In this document: positions 40,474-50,916 of the stretch, one piece after another | How the letters are laid out: each line of letters starts with the position of its first letter | How positions within the stretch are numbered: position 1 is the first letter of the stretch | Assembly: GCA_965219995.1 (NCBI GenBank) | Contig: CBDCOX010000002.1 | Span: 5,248,001 to 5,312,000 of the forward strand | Direction of reading: 5' to 3' | DNA: 64,000 bases | Source of the DNA: Candidatus Latescibacterota bacterium | GTDB taxonomy: Bacteria; Latescibacterota; UBA2968; GCA-2709665 | Position numbers and translations under genes: made by a program | Notes under the pieces: model-generated | What the model saw: the letters and a program-made list of their open reading frames with translations, nothing else | Database searches by the model: none | Told to the model about the DNA's origin: nothing

Positions 40474-43400
40474 ATGACCGACAAGAACGATACCGCAGCC
40501 CTGCAGGAGCTCGGGGACGCCCTGGTCGAGATCGAGGAAACGTCCCGCGAGGCTACCGACGGCAAGTGGCTCGAAAGGCTGACGGCCGACTGTGCCCCCC
40601 TCATCGCCGAATGGGATGTCCAAAGGGCATGGACCTGGGAGCAATGGCCTGAGAAGACCCACCCGGACAGCGGCATTGATGTGGTGGCAGAGAGGAACGA
40701 CGGGGAGCTGATAGCGATTCAGTGCAAGTCCAGGGAACTCGATGACCAAGGTTCGGCGCCGCCGATCAACAAGGCCGAGATTGACAGCTTCATCGCCGAG
40801 GCATCGGGCGTTGGGATCTCGTTCACCGAGCGTTGGTTGGTCGTCAACGGCGGGGTCAACGTCAACGCGAACGCGCAGCGGGTCATGGAGGGGAACAAGG
40901 TCGCGCACATCAACGTCTATGCGGACATCAAGGAGCAGTACGACAGTACCCTCGGCGCCCGGTTGGAGGGCGCCGCCACCGCCACCCCCAGTGCCGGCGA
41001 CGACGCCAAGCAGACGCGGGATAGCATGCAACAGGAAGCTGTGCAGGTCTCTGCTGCCGCCCTGAAGAACCTCGCGCAAAGCGGCACGGGGACGGCCAGA
41101 GGGCGAATCATCCTGCCGTGCGGTACTGGCAAGTCGCGCATAGCCCTGCGGTTGATCGAGGAGTTGACCGAGCCGGGGCAGGTCTCCGCCATCCTATGCC
41201 CGTCGATCGCGCTGGTCGCCCAGTTGCGTCGAGAGTTCCTCATTCATAGCACCAGGCCGCTTGTGGCGCTCGCCGTGTGCTCGGACCAAACGGCCGCGCG
41301 CGGAAGCGACTTGTCGAAGGACCAGACAGCGGACTTGAGCCATACCAGCGCCCGCGACGTGAAGGGGCGCGTGACCACGGACGCCGGCGAGATCGCCGAT
41401 TGGATGGAAGCTGTGCCCGAAGGCCGCGTGGGCGTGATTTTTGGCACTTACCAATCAAGCTACAAGATCGGCGAAGCCTTGACTTCAAGCGGCACGACCC
41501 TCGCGGTGTTGGTTGCCGACGAAGCGCATCGGGCAGCGGGCATCCGGCGGGTCAAAGGTGAGGAAGAGCGCTTGCGCGACTTCACCGTCTGCCACCACGA
41601 CCGTCGGTTTCCCGCGACCTACCGTGTCTATCAGACGGCCACCCCGAAGATCTACAAAACCCAGAGGGAGCGCAACGCCGAGAAGCGGATGCAAAACCGG
41701 GACTGGATCGTTCGCAGCATGGACGACGAGAACGTCTTTGGTCCCGAGCTTTACCGCAAGTCCTACCGCGACGCGGTGAACAACGGATGGCTCTCCGACT
41801 ACCGGATCATCGCGCTCGGCGTGAATGACTCCGAAGCCTACGAAGCCGCCAACGGGCTGGCTGGCCAGGAGGGCAGCCGCCTGTCCACCGTTCAGTTTCT
41901 GCGCGGGCTGGCCTTGGCCCTGGTCATGGGCGGCGCCACCCGAAAGGAAGAAGACCGGCAGGTCATCCGTTCCTCCATCAACTTCCTGAACACCGTCAAC
42001 AAGTCAAAGGAGATGACCAAGGCGCTTGAGTCAAACACGGTGCGCGAGTGGGTTGGGAACCGGCTTGAAGCGTACGGCGTGAGGGAGGAACGCGCCCACT
42101 ATCGCCTGCAGCACCTTGATGCGAGCAGCAACGTGGCACAGCGGGAACAGGCCAAGGCGCAACTCGCCGCGGCGACGGATGGCGAGCCACGCGGCATCCT
42201 CAACGTCGGAATTTTCGGCGAGGGGACGGATGCGCCCTCGCTCTCGGCGGTCGGTTTTCTCGAGCCCCGCAAATCGCCGGTGGACGTGATCCAGGCGGTG
42301 GGACGCGTCATGCGCCGCTCCGAAGAAAAGAACATGGGCTAAATCCTCTGCCCGATCGTCATTCCACCGAACGTGGACGCCGAGAGGTGGCTCGCAACCA
42401 CCAACAATCCCGACGATGGTTGGCAGGCGTTGGGCCAGATTCTGATGGCCCTGCGTGCCCACGACGACCGCATTGAGGAACGCCTTCAGGATCTGATGAG
42501 CGTCTTCCTCCCCCCGCCCCCCACGGAGGACGAGGAAGTGAGCACCGTAGTGGCCTTAGGCTCCGAGACGGGCCGCGCTGCCTACTACCTTCACGAAGGC
42601 AAGCAGGGAAGCGCCGAGCGCGCGGTCGAGCGTGTAGTGAAGGGGACTGCGCGAGGCACGGATGAGTTCCAGCCTCTCGGCATCGCGATGCCGGAAGACC
42701 GAAGCGGCACACTGGCAGCGGATGCTCCCGAACAACCGCCAAAGAGTGAACCCCAACGGATCGTGACCGGGAAACGAAACCCGGACGGCAGCGTCGAGAT
42801 GCGCGAGCAAGGGGTTGACAGGGATAAGCCCAAACCCGACGGCACACCCGGCCCCGTCAACGTGAAAAAGACCAAGGCGACGGGCCGGAAGATGCTCAAT
42901 GGCGAAACGGGGCGCAAGATCACCCGCCCACGAGAACGGAAAACGCCCGAGGAGTTGGAGGAACTCCGAGAACAACGAACGCTGAATCTCCTCACGGCCT
43001 CCAAGGCCGACGAGTTGGGGATTTCCGTCAACCTGCTGGAGAAATCCGGCCTTTGCAGGAACAAGGCGCAGCGCAGCGTCAACACCCTCGAGGACGCCAT
43101 TTCGGAGGCGAGGTTGCGTCTTGAGGAGGACGAGCTTGCCGCCCCGCTCGACGCGCATTTCGGCCTGGACAAGCAATCAGACGCCGCGGGCACGAACTCC
43201 GCCGACGGCTGCACCATCGCGTCGTTGCTGCTGATGAACGCCGCCATGCTGCATCAGCGGATCGCCGCAGGTGCCTGGCTACCCGGGGTCGTGGGACTGG
43301 AGGCGATCAAGGTTGCACCGAACGCGGCCGACCTCACGTTGCGCCATTGGAACACGATCACTCGACACGACTTTCTCCCCGTGCTCGAACCTGCGATCAA

Positions 43401-45468
43401 GGTGATTGAGCGCGTGCAGGACACCGGGCGCGAATCGGGATTAAACAAAGCGCTCAGACACATCGCCGCAGAAGCGGAACGGCTTGCCGGGGACTACGCG
43501 GACCTTGGTGCCGACTACGCGGGCGAATTGTTCAACAAGGTCATGGGCAACCAAGCGTCCGATGGAGCTTTCTTCACTCGCCCGGCCGCCGCTTCGCTGC
43601 TGGCCCGACTTGCGCTCGATGCCGCGGCTCCCGACGCGGACTGGACCGATCCCAAAACGTGGGAGAGCAACCGCGTGGTTGATCTGGCGTGCGGGTCGGG
43701 AACGTTGCTTGCCGCGTCGCTGACCGAAATGAAGCGTCGGGCGCGGCAGGGCGGGGCCGGGAAAATCCAACTCGCGGAACTGCAAAAGCTGGCGGTGGAG
43801 AGAACCATCATCGGGCTGGACTTCAATCCCGTCTCGCTACAACTAGCCGCCGCCCAACTTACGGCGGGCAACGCCGACGTGACCTACCGGAGCATGGGCC
43901 TGTACCAAATGCCCTACGGGTCGGAGGGCAACAAAGGGGGCGTGCGGGCAGGGTCGCTTGAGTTGCTTGGGCAGCGCAGGGTCATCGGTAAGGGTGAACT
44001 GGACCTGGGAGAGCAGGATGTTGGCTCAGAGCGATTGCGAATGGCTCAGGACGATCCGACTCTTGAAGACGCAGTCGATGCCGTATTGGGGGCGCGCGTG
44101 GTGACTATGAACCCGCCGTTCACGAACAGGTCCAAGATGGGGGAGAAGTTCTCGGAGGGGATCAGGAGGCGCTTGAGAGAGAGGGTCGATGGGCTGGAAA
44201 GTGCCTTGGTCCGAAACGACCCTGAGCTGGAAGGATTCGTGAGCAAAACGTCGATAGGGCCACTGTTCGAGGCGCTTGCCGAGAAGTGCGCGGATACCGC
44301 CAATGGCGTCGTAGCGATGGTGCGACCCACGGTTGTGCTTGCAGGGCCCGCGTCCCTACATATGCGCCATATCTTCGCAAAGCGATTCCACATTCACACG
44401 ATTCTCACCGGCCATCAACCGGACGACATCAACCTGAGCCAAAAGACGAACATCAACGAGAGTCTGATCGTCGCCCGACGACTTGAGCCAGACGACGGGG
44501 CCAAGCCCGCCACACGAATCATCAGTTTGGACAGGATCCCGCTCGACGATCAGGCGGTGGCAGAACTGCATGACAGCCTGGTCCGATGCGAGACGGGGCT
44601 GCTGCCCGATGGCTGGGGTGAGGTCTCCGAGTGGCCGGTTGAGCGCATCGAGGCAGGCGACTGGACCGCAGGGGTGTTTCGGGCGCCGCGTTTGGCGGAG
44701 GCTGCCTTCGATCTCGCCACTCACAAGTCACTCCTTCGGATGGAAGATCAGGACATGGTCCCATCCGCCGTGTTGAGCGGGGGAGCGCAGCTACGCGAAT
44801 TCGGCGAGGCACAAGCCAATGCACCGGGTGGATTTTCGGTCTTGTACTCCAAAGCTGAAGACATCCAGCGCACCATTCGGGGTGTGCCAGACCAACGTTG
44901 GGCACCCAAGAGGTCTGTCCCGAGACGCGAATGGGTAGAAGTTGCCGGTATCGATGGACGGCAGCATCCAGACACCGCCCGTAGGATCGTGAACCAAACC
45001 GCCCACCTGCTGGTCACGGCCGGGCAGCGCACCAACACAGCCCGCCTGACAGCTGTGGCACAGGAGGAGCAATGTGTGGGCGTAGGTTGGCTACCCGTGC
45101 CGGGCGTCACGTTGGAGAAGGCGAAAGCCGCAGCCGTCTTCCTCAACTCGACCGCCGGGCGGCTGCAACTGCTGCGCATACCCGGAAGGACGCTGGCATT
45201 TCCACAGTACAGGCCCGCGGGACTGAAAACGATGCGCCTGCCCGATCTCTCCGACGGCGACCTCGTTGACGCGCTGGCTCGCTGCTGGGAGGCCACCGCG
45301 GAGACGGAAGTGCCGCAGTACCGCGATGGCGAGTGCGAAGTGCGGCGCATTTGGGACGATGCTGTGGCCGATGCATTGGGATGGGACAAGGATTGGCTTG
45401 CCGGACTTCGGCATCTGCTTCACCAGGAGCCTCATGTCAGGGGCCTCGGGTACGGCCAATTCGGATAA
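40474..45468 (+). pseudogene. Single-chain nuclease-helicase-N6 methyltransferase RM enzyme (type ISP-like), interrupted by an in-frame TAA at 42340-42342
   Basis: GIDVVA...IQCK (Mrr-like), CGTGKS, DEAH, TAT, QAVGRVMR; then GAFFTRP, DLACGSGT, NPPF; ORFs 40474 and 42373 share a frame. Confidence 0.85.
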
Positions 45469-45605
45469 GAGCCGGGAGGGAGATCGCCTTCCACTTTCGG
45501 TCCCAACTCCATGATGGCGAGAACAAACCCTCGTGGAGCGCGGCACGCGCCACTCCAGACCGGGGCGGCGAGATGATCGTGGTGCCGCAGTTTCAGGGGG
45601 ATGAC

Positions 45606-46091
45606 ATGGCTATCGCCGACTTACAGCACGATGTCTACGGGGAGGCGTTGGGGATCATGGTCGGCCGGTGCGAGCAGTCCGCGAGAACGGCGATCACCAT
45701 CCTCGGCGGGGACTTGACGCACCCGAAATGGGAGGGTGTCGAGCGTTTCGACCATCGCACGCTGCAGTTCGCCCACGATCTCCTCGCGGCGGTTTGGCGC
45801 TACGAAACGAGTCCGCCGCAGAAACGCCTGCCGATCTCGGAAGCTCCTTCGAAACCCGAGTTGGAGGCGGGCACTCCCGAAAGGCGATGGCTCAAACGGC
45901 TTGACTCGGAAGTTGCCTCGTGGGTGCGTGCGGAAGCAGGCCATGAAGGCCCCCACATGATCCAACTTGTGCTGCGCATCCTCGCCCATCAGAACGAGCC
46001 CGCAGGGTACGAGGCGGAGACTCGGTTGGCGGAACTGATCTACAGCCGCTTCCGGCACATCTATTGGGACGACGCCGACTTTCGCGAATAG
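45606..46091 (+). CDS. Hypothetical protein
   Basis: Helical globular-looking ORF after a G-rich SD; alternative start 45573. Confidence 0.6.
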   Translation: MAIADLQHDVYGEALGIMVGRCEQSARTAITILGGDLTHPKWEGVERFDHRTLQFAHDLLAAVWRYETSPPQKRLPISEAPSKPELEAGTPERRWLKRLDSEVASWVRAEAGHEGPHMIQLVLRILAHQNEPAGYEAETRLAELIYSRFRHIYWDDADFRE

Positions 46092-46343
46092 GCGGCATTG
46101 GCGCTTCTCAGCAGTGCCACATCGCGGGAAACGCCGCCAGTACGGAGGGGCAGGATACGCGTGACCATGCGCCGTCCAGCGCCGCGTTGCGGTTCTTGGG
46201 CTGGCCCAAGCGGCGACGGGGACGCATCCAATCCGAAAGCAGTCGCCCGCGCCATGCGCCTTTGGACGGCCAAACGCCCCCCTCGGTCGCCCTCGGTGCC
46301 GCATTTCTACTTTGCGTTGACACTTAAAGCCACGTGGTAGCGT

Positions 46344-47955
46344 TGTCCAATGAGAACATGAGGGTGAAGCGCCCGAACGGCTAGTTCGAGCGAGCGGGGA
46401 TGCCTCATGTGTTGTTCGGCGATGTTGGAGGGGACGTTGCGGGTGGTCAAGCCACCGGTGCAGCGGAGTTCTCGGGCCGCGTAAGGGACGTGTCTCGAAG
46501 GTAGGCAGTCGCCTGCGTAGAACAGCCGTTCGAACCGTGCCTGGAGCGGCCCGAGGGCGGAGCGGCTGGGGTGAGCGGTTGGCACCGATCCCGGTGGTCA
46601 GCCGAGCATCTGTTGCCGCCCTGCGCCGCGCATGGCGGCGATGCGCTGGAACAGTTCGCGCTGCTCGGCGCAGACACGCTGGGCGGCTTCGAAGTCGGTC
46701 TCTGCAGTGGCCACGGCATCGAGCAGGGCGAAGCTGACGCCGGGCTTGAGATAGTCCTCGGCGCCGTCGAGTGAACGCAGCTTGGCGTATGGGGTCATGA
46801 CGTCCGCGGCCAGGTACTTGCGCTTGACCTTGCCGTCGGCACGGTACTCGGTGGCGAACAGGCACGGCCGATGGAAGTTCAGGAATGGCGACAGGGTGGC
46901 CTGCGCGAAGCGGTTGACGTCGTCGGCGTAGCGCTGCGGGATGTGCTCGTGGCCGAACCACTTGCGTACCACGTGGGCGTTCTTGCCTTCGACCAGGGCG
47001 TTGTCATTGCTGTGCCGCGGCCGCGACTTGGTGAACGTGCCGATGTGCAGGTTGTTCAGCAACTTGACGACGCGATGGTTGATGTACTCGCTGCCGTTGT
47101 CGGCGTGGAAGCCGTGCAGGACGAACGGGAAGGAGCGCGGCAGCCCTTCCAGCAGGGGCAGTAGCCAGCGCTCCGAGATGCCGCACACGGCACCGATGAA
47201 CTCGAACTGGGTGATCTGATCGACGAGGTTGACCAGGTACAGGCCCTTGCGGCCGTCGCGGTCACCCTGATGCACGGTGTCCACCCGCACGTGGCCTGGC
47301 TGGCCGTTGGGCTGCGGCGCCTGGCGCAGCGCGATGTTGACGATCGGTCCCTGCGTCTTCGACCACACGTTGCGCTTGGTGACGTAGGTACGCGATGCGC
47401 GCAGGTTGTAGACGTGGCCGTTGGAGATCGTCGCCAACCGCGCGAAGCGCGCATCGTCGAAGATCTCGTACTGTCGCCGCAGCACCTCCCGTGTCGCCAG
47501 GCCGGACATCTGCCCGAAGGCCGCGTCGATGTCCGCCAGCAGGCGGATATCCTGCACCGTGTAGCGGCGCGCGAACGGGCGACCGCGGTTGCCGCCGCGA
47601 CGGTCACGGATCGTGCCGCTGGCGCGCCACTGCCGTACCAGCCGCTCGAGTTGCTGGCGCGAGAAGCCCGTCACGGTGAGCAGGAAGCGCAGCACCACGC
47701 CCTTGTCGGCTTTGCCCAGCCCCCGGTAGCCAAATCGCGTGAGGATCTCGCCGATGAAGGCGTAGGCCCGCTCCCGGTCCTCGGGTTGGAAGGTCACAGT
47801 CTCGTTGCCTTCGGTGAAGGCGTGGAGCTGCTCGATCGTGCGTAGCCGCCGCGTCTGAAGGTCCACAAGCATCCCTCCATGATGCGTGTGGCATCCCTTC
47901 ACCCTCACTTCGCGTTGGAATCGACTCCAGCTTCACCCTCATGTCGCGTTGGACA
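46344..47955 (-). mobile_element. IS481/IS1202-like insertion sequence
   Basis: TGT-ended IRs: TGTCCAATGAGAACATGAGGGTGAAGC (46344-46370) versus the reverse complement of 47930-47955; extra subterminal copy at 47897-47920. Confidence 0.85.
46598..47872 (-). CDS. rve-type DDE transposase
   Basis: RVDTVHQGD, HADNGSEY, NDNALVEGKN. Confidence 0.9.
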   Translation of the reverse strand: MLVDLQTRRLRTIEQLHAFTEGNETVTFQPEDRERAYAFIGEILTRFGYRGLGKADKGVVLRFLLTVTGFSRQQLERLVRQWRASGTIRDRRGGNRGRPFARRYTVQDIRLLADIDAAFGQMSGLATREVLRRQYEIFDDARFARLATISNGHVYNLRASRTYVTKRNVWSKTQGPIVNIALRQAPQPNGQPGHVRVDTVHQGDRDGRKGLYLVNLVDQITQFEFIGAVCGISERWLLPLLEGLPRSFPFVLHGFHADNGSEYINHRVVKLLNNLHIGTFTKSRPRHSNDNALVEGKNAHVVRKWFGHEHIPQRYADDVNRFAQATLSPFLNFHRPCLFATEYRADGKVKRKYLAADVMTPYAKLRSLDGAEDYLKPGVSFALLDAVATAETDFEAAQRVCAEQRELFQRIAAMRGAGRQQMLG

Positions 47956-47985
47956 GTTCGGTGCACGACAATTTTGTGGTGTGCG

Positions 47986-49344
47986 TCAGCGGTTGGCGTT
48001 GGCGGCCTGCCATGTTCCGAGGTGGCTGAAGCGGTTGCTACGGATGGCGCATCGCAGGGCGATGATGGCGTTGGCGCCGTTGACGGTCCAATGCATACCG
48101 CCGCGCTTGAGGCGGTTGCCGATGACGGACTTGCAGGCGCCTTCGACGACGCCGGTGGTGACGCACAGGCCGCGGGCACGGAATGTCGGATAGTCCATGC
48201 GCTTGCGGTTGATGGCGAAGTAGTCGAGTTCGCGACGCACGAGGTCGTTGCCGTCGGCGTGTTGGCGCAGGGCCTCGAGCACCGGCGCGGCGCCGTGCCG
48301 ATCGAGTTCGTCGCGTCGCGCCTTGCCCCACTGGCGGGCGAGGTCGTTGTCGGACTGGTAGATGGCGCGCGCGGCCTCGAACAGGTGCTCCTTGGCATGG
48401 AATAGGTCGACGATCTGTACCGCCCCCGGCAGGTGTTCGTCGGCGAAGTTCCAGATCCAGGCCGCCCCGTCGCCGACTACGACGCGCCGTTCGGCGCGCT
48501 GCACGCCGCGGCGTTCCAGTTCGCGCAACACGCGCGCCGCGAACGGCGACGGCTCGCGATCCGTGTCGCGGGCGGCGATGCTCTCGACGGCGGCGTTGCA
48601 CGACACCGAGTCGAGGTCGCGGCGCGGCATGCCCGCCCGGTCGCGTCCCTCGGCCGACCACACCGTGACCAGCTTCACTTCGCGCGTCTTGGCCGAACCG
48701 TCCGCCTGCTTGCCGGCGCGTCCCACCGTCTCGGCCGGGCGCACCGGGATGCCGGTGCCGTCCAGGCCCACGTACAACGTCCGCGCCGCCGACGGTTCCG
48801 GCGCGCCCCGTTCGGCTTCGGCCGCCGCCAGCTGCCGACCCAACGCCTCCGCCAGGCGCTCCACCTGCTTGGCTTCCAGCGCCACCCCCGCCAGTTCGTC
48901 GAGCAGTTTCCCGGCACACGCGAAGCTGGTCTCCGACGCCGCCAGCCCCACCATGCGCCGCACCGCCGGCGACAGCGGGCCGTCGCCGAAGCCCAACGCC
49001 CGATCCCGCGGACTGAAGCCCCGCTGGCACCGCGGGCAGTGATACCAGGCGCGCGTCAGCGTCAGCGCCCCGAACACCGTCGTGAAGGTCTTCGCGCGCC
49101 GATCCACGTAGCACGCCTGACCACCGCAGTCGCATGCCATCGCCGCGCGCGCGTCGCTGCGGTCGGCATTCAGACGCTGCGCCACCAGCCGACCCATCAC
49201 GCCCAACGCCGCCGCCCGCGCCGCCCGCTCCAGCGTCGCGAAGTCGCTCGCGCCGAACGCCCCTTCGCCGAACAGAGCCGCCGCCTCCGCCGCAAGCGCG
49301 GTCAGCGCCGCGTCCGCGAACGTGTCTTGCGAAGCCCCCTTTTT
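47986..49344 (-). CDS. ISKra4 DDE transposase (OrfB), probably expressed as a frameshift fusion with OrfA
   Basis: CDCG/CPRC zinc motif, GLDGTG, GDGAAWIW, DLFHAKEH, GVVEGACK; frame stays open upstream of 49206 up to the A5G5 run. Confidence 0.85.
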   Translation of the reverse strand, partial: KKGASQDTFADAALTALAAEAAALFGEGAFGASDFATLERAARAAALGVMGRLVAQRLNADRSDARAAMACDCGGQACYVDRRAKTFTTVFGALTLTRAWYHCPRCQRGFSPRDRALGFGDGPLSPAVRRMVGLAASETSFACAGKLLDELAGVALEAKQVERLAEALGRQLAAAEAERGAPEPSAARTLYVGLDGTGIPVRPAETVGRAGKQADGSAKTREVKLVTVWSAEGRDRAGMPRRDLDSVSCNAAVESIAARDTDREPSPFAARVLRELERRGVQRAERRVVVGDGAAWIWNFADEHLPGAVQIVDLFHAKEHLFEAARAIYQSDNDLARQWGKARRDELDRHGAAPVLEALRQHADGNDLVRRELDYFAINRKRMDYPTFRARGLCVTTGVVEGACKSVIGNRLKRGGMHWTVNGANAIIALRCAIRSNRFSHLGTWQAANANR

Positions 49345-49703
49345 GGGTCCCGCCGCCCGTCCCGATCCGCCCGCGAACGCGCCGCCGCCAACGCCTCGCT
49401 AGCCTCCAGGAACTCCGCCGACACCTCCCGAAAGCGCCGGTACTCGGCCATCCACCCGCGGGTCTCGTCCAACGCCTCCGCGCGCACTCGCACCGAGCGC
49501 TTCTTGCCGCCGATCGAGCGCGTCAGCACGTAGCTCGGCCCATGCCCCGGATCGCCTTCGACGGCGCAGTGACAGTTCGGCTTGCCGCACTTGCGGTAGT
49601 TCGTCGCCAGCGTGCCCGGACGCAAGTCTCCGAGCGTCGCAAACTGTGCCTGCGCGCGGTCGCGCCGTGCCTCGAGTTCGACGAGATCGTCGGTCGCCGC
49701 CAT
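49302..49703 (-). CDS. IS OrfA, DUF6788-like
   Basis: LRPGTL...RKCGKPNCHC...GHGP; ends PKRG over the A5G5 run. Confidence 0.85.
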   Translation of the reverse strand: MAATDDLVELEARRDRAQAQFATLGDLRPGTLATNYRKCGKPNCHCAVEGDPGHGPSYVLTRSIGGKKRSVRVRAEALDETRGWMAEYRRFREVSAEFLEASEALAAARSRADRDGRRDPKRGLRKTRSRTRR

Positions 49704-49887
49704 GGGTTGCCCTCGCTAACTGGTATTCCTAAAGGTTACCAGACAGCCGCCGCGAAGCCCCGCCCCAACACCGCACACCACCCCTTCCGCCACAAAAATG
49801 TCGTACACCCTGGACAGTTCGGTGGTTTGCGCCCACCCAGCGCTTCCGGCATGATCTACCAAAGTACGCTTGGCACAAACACGCTCC

Positions 49888-50913
49888 ATGTCGGCAGACA
49901 TCCCACTGGAACAAGCAATCTCGGATTTCCTCGCCGACGAGTCCACCGTCCGCATGATGGTGGCCGCGTCCGAAGCGGGGCGTCCAGCCGTCGAGGCAAT
50001 CGACGCGGATCTGCTCCGCCAGTTCGGCGAGCGCGTCCGCCCGAACCCAGTCAAGCAACAGGTCGGCCGCCTTGTCCGCCCCATCATGGAGTCGCATGGC
50101 TTCCAGCCGTACAAGCGCCATCGACAGACCAAATCCACGCTGTTCACCGCCGGTACGGTGTATCGACGCCAACCCGAGCCGATCGTCGCGGTCCTCGCGC
50201 GCCATGGACTTCACGTCCCGGTCGACACCGTACGCCGCGAAGTATGCGAAGCTGCTCGAAATGTCGTAGGCGAACCGCCGTTCGTTCGTCGACCCGGCGT
50301 CGACTGGTCACGGCTGCTAGGCTCCTCGCCCGCCCCGAGCGATCTGCAACACGTCCTGCTCGCCTTCTCAACCGCTTTGGATCACGAACTCGGCGAGCAG
50401 GCTCGCAGACGCCTCGATGCCCTGCCTGATCACCAGCTCACGAGCACACAACGCGATCGCCTCGGCCTCACCCACCTCCATCGCAAAAGCCAGAACGGAT
50501 GCCTGCCGTCCACCGTCCGATCGGCCCTGACGTTCGGCGCTCTCTGCGCCACGGGATTCACGCTCCCCGAGACTGCGCGACTCCTGCGCTCCGACGACCG
50601 GGCAGTCTCCAATCTGGTCAAGAAAGGGCGCCTCTATGTCGCCCTCCCGAGGCCCGGGATCCCCACGCGACTCCCGCTGTTCCAGTTCCACTCCGACGGC
50701 CTCGTGCCGAACGTGGAGCACGTCCTTCCGCGCATCGACGCCGCTATCCACCCGCTCGGCGTCTTCAACTGGTTCACCAGCCCGAATCCCGACCTCGCTC
50801 TCAAGGAAAGCGACTTCGAACCCACCTCGCCCCGCGATTGGCTGTTGCGTCGCCACTCGTCGAAACCGGTCAGCCGACTCGCGGCCTCCGTCGCCGTCGC
50901 CGCGCCTGCCTGA
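49888..50913 (+). CDS. Multidomain putative antitoxin (unknown N-terminal domain + HTH + Xre/MbcA-like C-terminus)
   Basis: ETARLL...VKKGRLY, LPLFQF, WFTSPNPDL...SPRDWL; ends 3 nt before the RES gene. Confidence 0.7.
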   Translation: MSADIPLEQAISDFLADESTVRMMVAASEAGRPAVEAIDADLLRQFGERVRPNPVKQQVGRLVRPIMESHGFQPYKRHRQTKSTLFTAGTVYRRQPEPIVAVLARHGLHVPVDTVRREVCEAARNVVGEPPFVRRPGVDWSRLLGSSPAPSDLQHVLLAFSTALDHELGEQARRRLDALPDHQLTSTQRDRLGLTHLHRKSQNGCLPSTVRSALTFGALCATGFTLPETARLLRSDDRAVSNLVKKGRLYVALPRPGIPTRLPLFQFHSDGLVPNVEHVLPRIDAAIHPLGVFNWFTSPNPDLALKESDFEPTSPRDWLLRRHSSKPVSRLAASVAVAAPA

Positions 50914-50916
50914 ACT

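Larger units (their letters stand above)
47960..49810 (-). mobile_element. ISKra4-family insertion sequence
   Basis: IRs 47960-47979 and 49790-49809 match 18/20; flanking direct repeat TGGACAGTTC at 47950-47959 and 49811-49820. Confidence 0.88.

Noticed and set aside
42340-42342. Programmed stop recoding (Sec/Pyl)
   Set aside because: The codon is TAA, not TGA or TAG, and the expected residue is Tyr
46290-46343. dif/Xer site as target of an IS1202-like element
   Set aside because: No XerC/XerD-like 11-6-11 arrangement recognisable
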